Source: Balamuthia mandrillaris (Eukaryota). Taken from it: DNA of 53,640 nucleotides. Under the pieces are notes generated by a model that did no database searches, had not been told where the DNA came from, and was given only the letters and a program-made list of their open reading frames with translations. This document shows positions 37,627 through 51,699 of the stretch, one piece after another. The stretch lies in the NCBI GenBank assembly GCA_031835245.2, contig JAVKOQ020000055.1:186001-239640 (forward strand), in the 5' to 3' direction. Positions within the stretch are counted from its first letter, which is position 1. Each line of letters starts with the position of its first letter. The translations under genes and the position numbers were made by a program.

Positions 37627-39332
37627 GAATAATGTTTTTTGCGTTGTTTAAACAGAAAAGGAATAAGCACCTGCTCAAAGGCTTTGGCTTGGGTTTTGAT
37701 GATTTCTTTTTTGAGGGTAGCAATGAACTCGTCAATATTCGAAGGAGACACCAGGTCCAAAGCTATGTTGAGAGTCTTTAAATTTGAAGAGAAAGTCAGT
37801 TACTAAAACAACAGTAATGAAAAATCAAAAATAGCTGGGGGTACCTTGCGACGAATATCCATACTAGGGCTGGCGAGGGCTCTCATGATGTCCATCAATA
37901 AGCCCTGAAGGACCTTCAAGTGGTGTCGTTTAATGTGCTCCAGTTTGTCCAACACAATCATCTTTACATTGTTGTCGCTTTCCTACATATCATTTCAGTG
38001 TTAGCAACTCTACTTTCTGCTCTTGACTGTTGCATAGTAAAGAACGAATATACCGTGCAAAGGATGCGGATAAAAGTGCTGGAGGCAGCCTTTATGGCGG
38101 TAGGGGCAGAAGTAAGCGAGACCAGGGCTGCAGCAGCGTCAAACTGCACGGCAGGCGATTTGGACTTGAGGAGCTCGAACAAGCAACGCAAATAGATTGG
38201 CTAATGACACGGCATCGACAAAGTTGTCAGCCAAAAACAATTTTGTAAAAGTGAACACGGAACAACAAACCCTCTTTTCAGGCTTCTGGCGGCAGACCTT
38301 GCGCACCAACTCGATGATGGTCAATTGCAAAATATCGCCGAACTCGGTAACGTCGCCTAGCACAGTGTCGAGGTACTGCACTGCCTTGTCTTGGGCGCAG
38401 TTGAATAGCATTAGAAAGGCATTCCTTTTACATGACGCGTCTGCTGCATCCTTTTGTTTTAAGCATGAAAGCAAAGTCAGAAGAGAGAGAGAGCGAGAGA
38501 GAAGTGAAGTAAGCAAACGAAAAGGGTGGAGAGGGAGAGAGGAGCAAAAAGGTACAGATTGAATGAAGTTGAAGATAAGATCAGGGGCGTCAGGTATCAG
38601 GGTAGGGAAGTTTTTGTAGATGCTGTAGATGCATAGCACCGCATTCCTGCGAACGTAGGAGTACTTGTCTTCCAAGTTACCAATAATGGCAGGGATCAGG
38701 GGTTCCAGCAACTCGGCTTCTGTCAACTTGCAGAGGAAACGCAACGTAGCTCCCCTCACATATTCGTTAGCATGACGAAGGTCGTTTCTGAAGTGAGAGC
38801 TGCCTTTTTGGTCAGTTGATTGTCTTCAAAAATAGAACAAAGCTTCAAAAAACGAAATCAAGAAAGGCACAAAGAGAGAAAACAAGAGAAGCGAGCGCAG
38901 AGGAAGGAGAAGAGAAAACAGCACAGCCAAAGAAAAAGAATGAAAACAAAGCAGAGCAAAGTGAAAAGGAGGGAAGGAGGATTGGGAAAAGAGCGAAAAG
39001 TGGGAAAGAAAGAAAGTGAGGTAAAAAGGGAGTGCTCACCAAACGAGAATCATCTCATGGAGGAGTTTGCCACTAGCGTCAGTCTTCTCACACACCTCCC
39101 AGAAGAGAAGGAGGAGCTTCTTCAGCACTTTGTCCTTGCTGGGCATGATGAAGCGAATGATGGGCATCAACAGTTGAGGCAAGCTGTGCCCATTGTTGAG
39201 CAGCAGGATGACCCTCTGCATGGCCATAATCTTGTGAGAGATTTCCTCGCTCTCGATGAGTTCCCTCAGCTTGTTGACTGGTAACTCTGGTTTGTCATTG
39301 TGAATCAGAAAGCCACAACTCTTTTCAGCCAT
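34751..39332 (-). CDS. COPB1: Coatomer subunit beta (beta-COP), multi-exon
   Basis: [120 protein letters not shown]. Confidence 0.96.
36545..36800. repeat. (GAGAG)n microsatellite in a beta-COP intron
   Basis: Directly visible. Confidence 0.95.
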
Positions 39333-39645
39333 CTTTATCAAAAAGCCCTTTCTTTTTCCTTTCGCTGCTACACACCCAAAAAAAACCAAAAAAAAAAAGA
39401 TCAAGAAAAAAGAGAGTCAAGGTAGCAACTCGAACTCTTTCTCTTTGTGTTACCCAGTGAAAGGAAGGGAAAGCAAGACGCCTTTTTTTTTCTGTCCACC
39501 GCAAAACAAAAATGGCTACGTCGACAAAAAACAAGCCAATTAATTAGTGTGCTGACGTGGCGTCCCAATTCGCTTTTTTTGGGACGACATGAAGATCGAG
39601 AATGCAGAGCCAAAGCATTTGTCAAGTTTTGTTCGAACAAAAGTG

Positions 39646-40945
39646 CTAAAGACGAGCAGTCGTTTGCTGTTCGTCACAGCCGGCCAACAAGAACGGAGAA
39701 ACGTGGGGATAAACCGTCTCAGGCGCATCCACATGTACATGATGAGCTTGCCCTGGGATAAAGACCTCCGTCAGGTGCTTAATGCATTGAGTGTACTCTT
39801 TGAACTGGGCTTTTTCCTTTGGGTTGTTTTCCGTCCAAGCTGGGATGCCCTTCTCGGCCACTAGCAAGAGCACAGGGCACTCGATGTGGTTCAAAAAGAC
39901 TTTGATCTGCTCCGGGGTGAAGCGTTGTAGGGAAGAACTCCGAAGCGATGGGTCGTGGATGAACTGGATCTCGTCTCGCTTCACCTCATCGCTGTCGTGA
40001 CTCGTTACAAACTTGGCTCCTCTTAGCACCAACAACCTAGCCTGAATCACGAAGAAATAATCAAAAGTATCAACAGAAAAAAGATGAACGGACCAAGAAA
40101 GCAAGAAGCTACAATTTAAAAAAAAGCAGAAAGAAAGATACCGATTGTTCAGAAACAGGAAAGACGGCATCAGGACCACCATGCCGCGCTCGAATGGCAT
40201 GAGTGAGTGAAGGATATATTTTAGGCTTCTTTCCCAACAACGTCTTGTTCTGCATTACTGCATCGCGCAACACTTCCAACACTAGAGCGGAGGTGGTCGT
40301 GCGTGGAGCGAGTCCTTCCACCAGCACACAACGTTTGACACGCTGTGGGAATATCGCTGTTATAAACGTGGTGATAATAGCGCCCAACGAGTGGCCGAGG
40401 ATGGAGAACTTGTCCCAGCCGAGTTGGTCCACCACTGCCATAATGTCCGGTATATAGTTAACGGCAGTATAGGCTACAGCAGCGCTGGCGTGGGAGGATA
40501 GGCCGTGGCCCAGAAGGTCCAAGCATACCAAGTACAGCCCGTCTTTCTTGAGCAACGGTGCCAACGTGCTCCACGTGGCTGAGTTATCCTGTAGTTACAT
40601 GTTTGCACGGGTTGTGTGTCATACAATAATGAGCAATGGAGGTAATGCATAGCCGTACTGCCAAAGAATTGGCATGTGATGGGCGGAGTTAGAGCTTATG
40701 ACGCACCATCCAACCGTGCAGGCAAAGTACCCTGTTGTAGCCCTTATCAACGCCCCATACCTATGTATCACATGACAAAGACAAAAGGTGAGTGTCTAAA
40801 GCACTTGCGTTGCAAGCAACGAGTGCTATCGTACTTTGGCTGCGAGTTGCACCGTTTCAGAAATGGAAAAGACAGTGTTCGTTTCCTCTCCGCAACCGAA
40901 TACGTCCTCCAAGCAGTGAGAAGGAGCCAATGTGTCGTGTTGCAT
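39646..40945 (-). CDS. Alpha/beta hydrolase (serine hydrolase-like, SERHL type) with C-terminal ARL (PTS1-like)
   Basis: MQHDT...QLAAK|VWG..VLCLHGWM|DNSATW..CLDLLGHGLSSH..GHSLG nucleophile elbow..HDPSLR..HHVH..TTARL*. Confidence 0.88.
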
Positions 40946-41653
40946 GTTCGTGGTCTCCACAGTACCGATACTTCTTTGCGAATAAACTTAGAATGAAAGG
41001 TACGTAGTCACCGGTGTTGTCAACTTCGTCGTCGTTGGTTTTTGTAGTTCGCTCCAAATCCCCCGAGGGCTATTTTTAAGCTGCTATCGAGACGACATGA
41101 GATTGCTTCCAGAACACAGGTTGATGGCAGGAAAGAGAACAAAACAACGCACTGGTTCCAACGCGCACGGGCAACGAGTTTCAAGAATACAATAAGAAGA
41201 GCAGAGTGACGGGGACCAAACGAAGAGCGATTTAGTACCGTTTTTCTGCCCATTTGTAAATGTTGCACTGTTTGCTAAGTGAAGTCTAGAGAACAAGGGT
41301 GCTTGCCGCCCGAGGTTAAAAGCCAAAACTCACGCAACCGTTCCTTCCTTCCCTTGGCCAAGCGTGGTCACGTCGTTGACAAGAGCGACAGCTGCCCGCA
41401 AAAAGTGCGAAATGTTTTTCTCTGTCGACAACAAAACTGAAGACTGGCTGAAAATCGAACGAAAAAAGGAAATGATTGGTTGGAGATATTGTTTTTAAGT
41501 GCACCACCAAGTTGCCGTGCTGGTTTTAGGACAAGCGAAACGAAGCAAGACTATTCTTTCGCTCTTTTTTTTTCCTTCTTTACTTTTCTTTCGTTTTGGT
41601 TAAGAACGCGCACACGAAAACTAAACAAATACTCTCATTGGCCCAGCCACACC

Positions 41654-43766
<2,113 letters not shown>

Positions 43767-43928
43767 TCCAGCGACATGGTGCACTCCAAAGGAATTTTCC
43801 TTCCTTGCGTCTGTTTCTTTTATGTTTGTTTGGCAACTTGGTAACCCACAAACAAGGCATGCTCTTACTTTGTATCTCATAAAGCACGGTTTTCATAATT
43901 CACTGAAACTGAACAAAGAGAAGAAACA

Positions 43929-44552
43929 ATGAGCGGTGAAGATGGTGTGGGGCGGGAGGTAAGGGCAACGATATTTGGAACTTGCCAGTGGAGGTGATGG
44001 AGCAGGCCATTGTGCCTCTGCAAGACCCGATTTCGTTGCTCCGTTTTGGAAGCAGCTGCAAGGCCGCTCGTCAGATGTCCTTGAAGAAGGAGCTTTGGGA
44101 AGCGTTGCTCCTACGCTACAACGTTCCTTCGCCTTTTCCCTCCAACAACAATAACGAAGAACAAGGAGAAGATGAAGAAGAGCGGGCGGTGGGCCAACTA
44201 CGAGATGCTCTTGTGGAGAGGGTAACCAGCTTCAGTGGCGTCTATTACCTCTCTGAGAGAGCAAACGATAATCGCTGCAATCGAGGCTCTGTCCACTTCT
44301 TGGCGTTGGCCCAAGGAGAAGGAGGCTCCAGCGGCAGTGGCCTTGTTGCCTACCAAAATACCTTTCACAACGACTATGGGGGGTGACAGCACCACCAAAT
44401 ACTTTGGCATGTTTCGTGTGGTAAAGGACAGCCCCCCTTTGGACGACGGTACCATGTTGGTTCTGCCTCACAGTCACTTGGAGTTGGAGTTCTCGGTGCA
44501 GATCCAATCGGAAGAAGGGTACACTGCTTTCACTCTGCAGCTGATACTGTGA
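43929..44552 (+). pseudogene. F-box protein interrupted by two 1-nt indels in G runs (pseudogene or assembly error)
   Basis: F-box-like IWNLPVEVMEQAIVPLQDPISLLRFGSSCKAARQMSLKKELWEALL is out of frame with the ATG at 43929. A second shift at the G6 run near 44378 joins to GDSTTKYFGMFRVV. Confidence 0.6.
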
Positions 44553-45066
44553 CGTTGAAACTCTATTGTGATGCTGCAGAGAAGATTTTGATAAGCGAAC
44601 GTTACAACCACCACTTCTAAGGAGCATCGTGCTGCAACGGCAAACAAAACAAGTCGTTCCTTTTTTCCACAAACCAAGCAAGACCTGTTGCTGCCCTCTT
44701 CAAGCGACGTTAATGGACAACAACAACAACAACAAAGGTCGTTCAGTGACCCTCTCGCAAATGGTGTGGGCGATGAAAGCGCACCAAAAAGCCAGAATGT
44801 GCAGTCTCATCAAAGAAGAACGTGCAGCAGGGTCCTTGGCCTACCTCCTTCTCAGGGACCCCCAATTCAACAACCAGGAGGAGGAGGAGGGGAGGGGAGT
44901 TGAGCTCGCGTGGCGGTTTCTTTTTGTGCACTAAATCGTGTCGACAGGAGGGAGTTTGCTTGTGTGTGCGTAACAACCAACAAACATTTGGCCATTTGGG
45001 AAAGCATTTCGCTACGAAAGGAAGAAAAAAGGGGGAGGACGGCGTGCGTAGTAGCGTTGGTGAAAG

Positions 45067-45894
45067 ATGGGTTCCTCGTTGGTGAACCTGCTGGTAGAGT
45101 ACCTCGGCAAGAACTTCCAACTGGTATCGGATGAAGGCCGATTATCCAGGCTGTCGCCTGAGCTGAGGAACTGCTTATTTGCGCATCTGCTGGAGCGTGA
45201 TCTGGTGCAGCAGTACGACCTCTCTTCTATGATCGCTTTGGTGGTGGCCGACCGCCGGTACAACGCGGGCGCGTCTTGCTCTTTTGGAGTTTCGTTAGAC
45301 CTTTCTGGTTGCCGTACCGTCACGGAGAAGAACGTTGCACAGATAGCAAAAGCCGTTCCCCATCTTGAAGAACTGGTAACATCAACAACACAAGCCGTTT
45401 GCTTGTTTGTCGTTTACTAACCTTGTTTTCAATACTTCTTCTGAAGATATTCAACGGCTGTGACCTCACTGACTCTGTAGTAGAGGCTATTGTGGACCAC
45501 TTTCCTCATCTTCGCGCTTTGCAACTCTCTTACGCCTCTCGTCTCTCTGCTGCTGCTCTTCAACTCATCAGCAAACGTTTAGGCCCTCAGTTATCGGTAC
45601 TTTTGCTTTCGCATCCTCCTTTTGACCAAAGTATGCTTACCGGGAGTTCTGTAAAACAAAGGTGTTGCGGCTGTCCATGAACAGAACCGGGTGTATGCCT
45701 TCTGATGGCTTGCGAAGCCTGATAATGGATTGTCACCATCTGACCGAGTTATCACTCGACCAGTTCAAAACAGAACTAAATGACGACTTTGTAGTAGTTA
45801 TTGCCAACTCGCAAATGACTTCCTCTTTGCGTTCGCTTACATTAAATGCTGCCACAACTGTTACTGATGCTTGTATGCCTCTACTTTGTTGCTG

Positions 45895-45938
<44 letters not shown>

Positions 45939-46257
45939 CTTTCTCTCTCTGTTTTAACTCAAAGAAACCAAAGCATTCAGAAAAATGATAGAGAACTGCA
46001 ATCATTTGGAAAGTATCAGGCTGGGCATGGCCATCAAAATGCAAGGCACTTGTTTCAACGCATTATCCTCACACAACTCGGGATCTACACTAAGATCACT
46101 CCACTTCAACAACAGTAGTCTGCCTTCGGACACGTTATTGCATATAGCCAGCGTGTGCTCTAAGCTTCAGACTCTTGGTACATATATCTTCCTTTGCCAG
46201 TGCATCAAGAGAATAACGTGTCATTCCTTTCTTTTCAACTACGTTGTACTGCCATTG

Positions 46258-46299
<42 letters not shown>

Positions 46300-47362
46300 A
46301 TTTCATTCTCAATCATAGGGCTGGCAAATGCGCCAATCCCCATTGAAGAGTCCGTCCTTCGCTGTCTCGTAAATGAATGCAAAAGCCTGAGAGACCTCTC
46401 TATATCAGTGAGCTCGCCAGGGGCACTATCATGCTTTGTGGACATGCCTCAACTCACCTCATTGTATTTGTCTCTTTGCACTACCGAAGAGATCCGTTTT
46501 AGTGATGAGTCGGTCCTTGTGCTGGTACAAGGTACAAGGCTGTTCTCATACCTTCTTGTCTTTGCGTGTAAGATGCAAGCTAACTGTCACCATTTACAAA
46601 ATAGGTTGCCCAAACCTGCAAAAACTGGTATTGAGAGATGTTTCTGACAATGCGTTGGCCATCATCTCTGAATCACTCGCACATCTCTATTCATTGCAGC
46701 TATTCGTCTCAACTGTTTATGAGGAAGAGAGAGCCAAGATTCGCATCCTCAATCGCATGGAACGCATGCTTCAGCGGAGAGCAGCCAACAAAACAACCAC
46801 TGCTAACGTTGAAGGGGACAAGGATGGTAACCAAGAAACAAAGGAAGAGGAGCAGGAAGAAGAACTATCAACCCTTATTTCAGGGACAGCAGAGGAGCAG
46901 CGATTTAAAGGCTTGATATGCACCAACTTGGAGGTCTTTGGGTTGAACAATAGCAAGATCAGCGACGTTGAGTTTGTTGCCTGCATGCGGCCCTTCTATC
47001 ATCAAAGTGAACCACCACGTCTACAGAAGCTCAGCTTGACTAACTGCAGCCAGATTGGTGATGACTCTGTGCAAGTAATTGCACATTTGTTTGGAAAGCA
47101 CCTCCGAAAGTTGAGCTTGTATTCCTGCCCTAAAGTGACAGACAAAGGTATTCGGTTCATTGGTAGCTCTTCCTTTGAGCCTTTGCTTGAAAGCCTGGAC
47201 CTGCGGAAGTGCATTCATGTGACAGCCAAGCCTTTGTATGGGCTGTGCAGGCGCTGTCGCAACCTTTCTTCTGTACTTTTGCCAAAATCTATTTCAGCTA
47301 TTGACCGTAAACAGCTGAAACAGACTTTTCCTCGCATTAAGTTTGGTCTTTCTTCACAGTGA
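45067..47362 (+). CDS. Leucine-rich repeat protein (cysteine-containing/AMN1-FBXL-type LRRs), multi-exon
   Basis: LDLSGCRTVTE, LQKLSLTNCSQIGDDSV, LRKLSLYSCPKVTDKGI, LESLDLRKCIHVT. Confidence 0.88.
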
Positions 47363-47619
47363 TAAATACAGGTGGCGCTAGCCAATGAGCATGTTGTGGC
47401 AAAAGCGCGGTGGGTGGGTGGAATCGGATGGATGCCCATGCTGCAAATAAACATGTGAAATAAAAATGTTGCCTAACATTTGATACTTATTGTCCTGCGG
47501 ATCATTTGTCTCTGTCGGGGCTTTTTTGGCTGCGGCAGCAGCTTGTTGGAACCTAGACAGAAACAAAGAGAAAGACGGGAGCCAAACATAATTTAATGAA
47601 AGGGAAGGAAACAAGTGTG

Positions 47620-48290
47620 TTCTTGTGTGTTCTTGTCCGAGTTTGTGAAAAATGCCGCTCGTGATCTGGCTCGAGGGTGGCACAGCACCAACAGGCCCGG
47701 GTTGTTTTCAACTCGTGCTTGCCGTGCAAAGGTAGACCAATCGGTCATACTCTGTGAGGTTCTACACGTGGGAGCGCATGGTGGCAATCCAAGGGAGATC
47801 GTTCCAGCACCTTCCAACCAGTCTTGTCGGTCAAGCAGGAGAACTTGCGGAGGGAGTGGGCCAAAGCCACGGCTGGGATGACGTAGGCATCGTTGATGAT
47901 GGCCATCACCCATCTCACCTTGCCTTCTCCCGTGCTTGGGTAGGCCTGCTGACAGCAAAAGAGTTCCGAGTTGCTCCAGAGGAAGCGTCGGTACTCGGTG
48001 AGGGCCATCATCTTGTGAAGGTCCTGGAACTCCACCTCAGGGAAGGCTTCCGGGGCGTTCCTCTTGTTCTGTGCGACGGACAGGAGGTCTGTTGGTTCTT
48101 CCGTTGTGTTGCTCTTGGTGCTCCTTGTGGAAAGGTGGTATTGGTGAGTTGGGCGAGGTTCGCGTTGGTGTAGTCGTTTCACATGTTTTGGAAGAAGCAT
48201 AAGCAGGTCGAGGAGAAGAAGGAGGAGCGGTGGACGGGAGTAAGGAGAGCCGTCGCGAACGGGGCGGATTTGCTTCGTGGCGGTTTGGCA
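47620..48290 (-). pseudogene. Glycosyltransferase family 8 (glycogenin-like) pseudogene
   Basis: WVMAIINDAYVIPAVALAHSLRKFSC joins directly to GWKVLE, consistent with a deletion. After a frameshift it reads HV*NLTEYDRLVYL (TAG where Trp is expected) and lacks the DxD motif. Confidence 0.7.
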
Positions 48291-48361
48291 GGATGAGAAG
48301 AAAAAAAAACCCAGTTCGAGAAGAGAGACCACAACAACAAGAGGACCGAAGAAGGAGCTGG

Positions 48362-48530
48362 AAAAGAGGAAGAGGAAGAGGAAGAGGAAGAGGAAGAGGA
48401 AGAGGAAGAGGAAGAGGAAGAGGAAGAGGAAGAGGAAGAGAGAAAGGAAGAGGAAGAGGAAGAGGAAGAGGAAGAGGAAGAGGAAGAGGAAGAGGAAGAG
48501 GAAGAGGAAGAGGAAGAGGAAGAGGAAGAG
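48362..48530. repeat. (GAAGAG)n microsatellite
   Basis: Directly visible. Confidence 0.95.
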
Positions 48531-48558
48531 AATAGGCTCTATGCTTTTGGATACATGA

Positions 48559-48680
48559 CCAACGCGCAATGGTTTGGTTTGACAGTGGTGTACTTGTCGA
48601 CACTAATTTTTCCCGCTACTTTCCGCTTACTACTTCCCCGGAAAGTAGCGGGGAGGGGAAGCGGAACTTTTTTGCTGCCC
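48559..48680. repeat. Copy B of the dispersed structured element; contains a perfect 14-bp inverted repeat
   Basis: CCCGCTACTTTCCG (48612-48625) and CGGAAAGTAGCGGG (48639-48652), 13-nt spacer; flanks match 824-919. Confidence 0.75.
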
Positions 48681-48954
48681 ATCCTAGCATACGTCAGCGG
48701 AGAGGAGAGAAGAGACTTTGAAGGAAGAAAGCAAGGAGAGAAGAGACTAGGCCACAAGCGGGGGCGATTTAACAGGCCACACAACAAACCGTCATGAAAC
48801 GGTTCCAAGAAATGTTGGGCTCCTCTTCCGTATTGCCAGGGCGTAAATCTTTGCTACCACCCGCGGCCCGCCGATCCTAGTGCCTCAACCCCGCCGTTGT
48901 CACCTACAACAAAGGTACAGATTTTTTTCTCCCAGGCCCTTGGAAATTTGGTAC

Positions 48955-51501
48955 ATGAACGCCCTAACCCAACAAGCTACGAGCAGGAAGAGCGTCCTTT
49001 CTTGGCACAACGCCCCCTCGCTACACACGGCAATTGCCCTCCCTACATTGTCGCCGATTTTTATCCTCGAGCACCGTGCCGCTGCAAAAAGTCGCTAGCA
49101 CAGACGAACCCACCAATGCCTCTCCTCAAGGTAGCCACTCACTGTTCATTCGCTTTTCATTGTGTTATTCCTATTTTTTTTTTCTTCATTAACACGAAAG
49201 TTTCTTTCATTGTCAGCCCCAAAGCCCCTTAGAGACTGGACAGTGGAAGAGGTTCAAAATTGGTTTAGAGAAGGAAGATTCTGCTTGTATGCTAAGCACT
49301 TCCACAACCTCACTGGTGGCGACCTTGCCAACTTTGCCAAAGAGGATTACCGTGCCCTTTGCCCAGAAATGGGTTTCTCAATTTACTACGACCTGCAAGC
49401 AGTACAAGCCTCTTATGTCAAAGGTTCGTTCTGTTGAAACAACAACAACAAAGTATCTATGAGTTTTTGTTAATCTCTCAACCAATTGCTCTTTTTCGTT
49501 CATTCAAAATTATCTCCAGCCATTCTTCCGCAGAAGGAACATGACCCCGCTCTCCCTGATCCAAGCGACTCAAGGTGGGATTATCTTCACAATATCAAAG
49601 CACTGGAGCGCAAGATAGGCGAAACAATAGAACTCCCAGACTTGAGCGGCTCTGCTAAACTACTCCCAAAGGAGCTTCAGCCCCACAAGCTGCAGAGTTT
49701 CATCCTCACCCCTCAGCGCTATGCACTGCTAAAGGAGTTTGCGGATGTGGTCCATCTGGGGCAAAAAGACGTGGTTAACACCGATGTTCAAGCCGGCATG
49801 ATCCTATCAGGTCCCAATGGTGTTGGCAAGACAGCTGAGTCCTATCTGCTGGCAAGCGTTGCATATATCAACGGTGCCATTCTCATTTATATGGTACATA
49901 CCATCCTTCCTATTGTTCTCATTACATTATACTCAAAAACAAAATTGTGCATGTTTTTGTGGTTGTTATTGTTGTTAACATAGCCAAAGACCGCTGAATG
50001 GGCCTCCCTCCCCAACGATAATGCAGTAGCTCAGTATGTGCTGAAACGCTTCTGTAGATTCAATTCATTCAAGGCGTGGAATATAAAGTGCCAGTCCGAT
50101 AACAATTGGGGCAGTGAAAATCTGCTCGAACTTGCTCTTGTTGGGGTGCGCTCAATAGAGCAGGCCTTATTGGTACATTTTGCACTTCTCCAAGAACTGC
50201 AAGGGTACATCGAAGCACCGGTTGTTTTCGTAGTGGATGAGCACAATGAGATCTGGTGGCAACACAAGGAATCAAGCCCATTCTTCCGGCAGTACATGAT
50301 CTCTACAGGATTGTTGCAAGGAGCAAGAACCTTTACGCTCCTCTCAGGTTCTGCGCATTCTCGCTTCGAGTTCAACTTGCAACCTGGGCTTGAGAGGTGG
50401 CTCCGACGCATCCAGCCTTTCCCGCTGACCATCTTTGAGAAGGCCATAGCTCCTGGTGGTGTTTTCGAACTTCCTCCCGCCTGGCAGAAGGACACATCCG
50501 ACAAGATCCTCTTGGCCGAGATCACTGGGCGTATGCCACGAGAAATGGGATCCCTCCAACAAGCCCACCTAACAGGTACTGTCAGCATGCCCTTGGAGTG
50601 GGTGGGACCAAGAGAGAAAGCCCTAGCGGCCGAGGTAAACAAGTTTGTGGACAAACACAAGGGGAGGTTGGATGAATTCCTAGCATTCATGGAGATCATA
50701 TTCTCGCCACAGTATGCTGCTAACCAGGAGCCATCACCAGAGAGCATGCTCCTCCATGACACAGGTCTGATCATCTACGACCAAGAGCAGCATCGCTACC
50801 GGTGTACCAGCCTTCCCGCAGAACGTGCACTTCTCTCCTACTACTACAAGAAAGTGCCACAGACCCCAATCTCAAGGACCAAGCCTGCGGCCGAGCAGGG
50901 CCTCCTGTTGGAGAAGTGGGTGGAGAGGCAGTTATATGATGACCTCTCCAACCTGCCTGCTTACACCCTGGGAAACATCTCTGGCGATCCAATTACACTC
51001 AGACTTCCAGCAATTCAGCTGCGCAAGTTTTTCCGTGCAAATGATATCCCCACTAATGTCACACGTTACCCCTGCTTCTACATCCCTTTGGCTTCCAATT
51101 TTGCTGGCTGGGATCTGATCATTCACGAGCCGTTGATCAGCCAAGACAAAACAACACACCGCGTTATCTTCATCCAGTGTTCAATCAACAGTGTTCGCAA
51201 GCATGACAAAGCTAGCAACAATAGTGGAAAACTTGCAAAGACATTTGCACCTAGGGGGAAAAATCCTTCCTTGGTGAAAGCTCTCATTGAGGGTATCACA
51301 GGGCTAGAATGCAAAGGTGACATTTACAGGAATGGGAAGTTGGAGGTAACAAGTGAAGGTTTGGATGTCCAGTTTTTATATGTGACAGCAGCACCACGTG
51401 AACAATTGATAAAAGAAGAAGCCAGCAACCCTAAGCCAAAGGTTGGTCCCCCTTCCCTTTCAAACCCACGTTTTTCTCATTTTTTTTCTCCCAAAGTATG
51501 A
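48955..51501 (+). CDS. Crinkler/RHS (CR)-type protein: SAM-like header + P-loop NTPase + PD-(D/E)xK restriction-endonuclease-fold domain; 1-nt frameshift in exon 1
   Basis: Exons 48955-49130, 49217-49423, 49520-49893, 49984-~51441/51501, with consistent splice phases. SAM/PNT-like PLRDWTVEEVQNWF..LTGGDL. Walker A ILSGPNGVGKT, Walker B VFVVDEHN, sensor LLSGS, ITGRMPRE. REase-like GLLLEKWV..YIPLASNFAGWDLII..VIFIQCS. Confidence 0.78.
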
Positions 51502-51699
51502 AAACCTTTTTGTTGTTCCAAGAGAAATATGTGAAAGTGATTTGCACATCCCATTCATCAGCACCTAGCCCATGTCAGCTGCTTGTGAGTTCACATATTT
51601 CTCTCTTGTGGAACTTTGTGTTGGTTGAATCCAACTGTTATGCCACTCTTCCATAATACCTATCCCTATGAGCTATTATGAGAACTTCTGATTGTTGAC

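Noticed and set aside
44629..45134. Short ORFs upstream of the LRR gene
   Set aside because: No recognisable domain and no consistent splice path. A promoter-type GTCGAC lies at 44940. A decayed gene cannot be excluded.
48037..48603. RG-, KR- and PL-repeat ORFs
   Set aside because: They are artefacts of the (GAAGAG)n array.
48612..48690. Helitron 3' end (hairpin plus CTAG)
   Set aside because: CTAG is ~30 nt from the stem and is not followed by T. No Rep/helicase gene is present.
49780..50260. DAP3/mS29 identity for the presequence-bearing P-loop protein
   Set aside because: The SAM-like header and the C-terminal REase-like motifs do not fit a mitoribosomal protein. A profile search would settle it.
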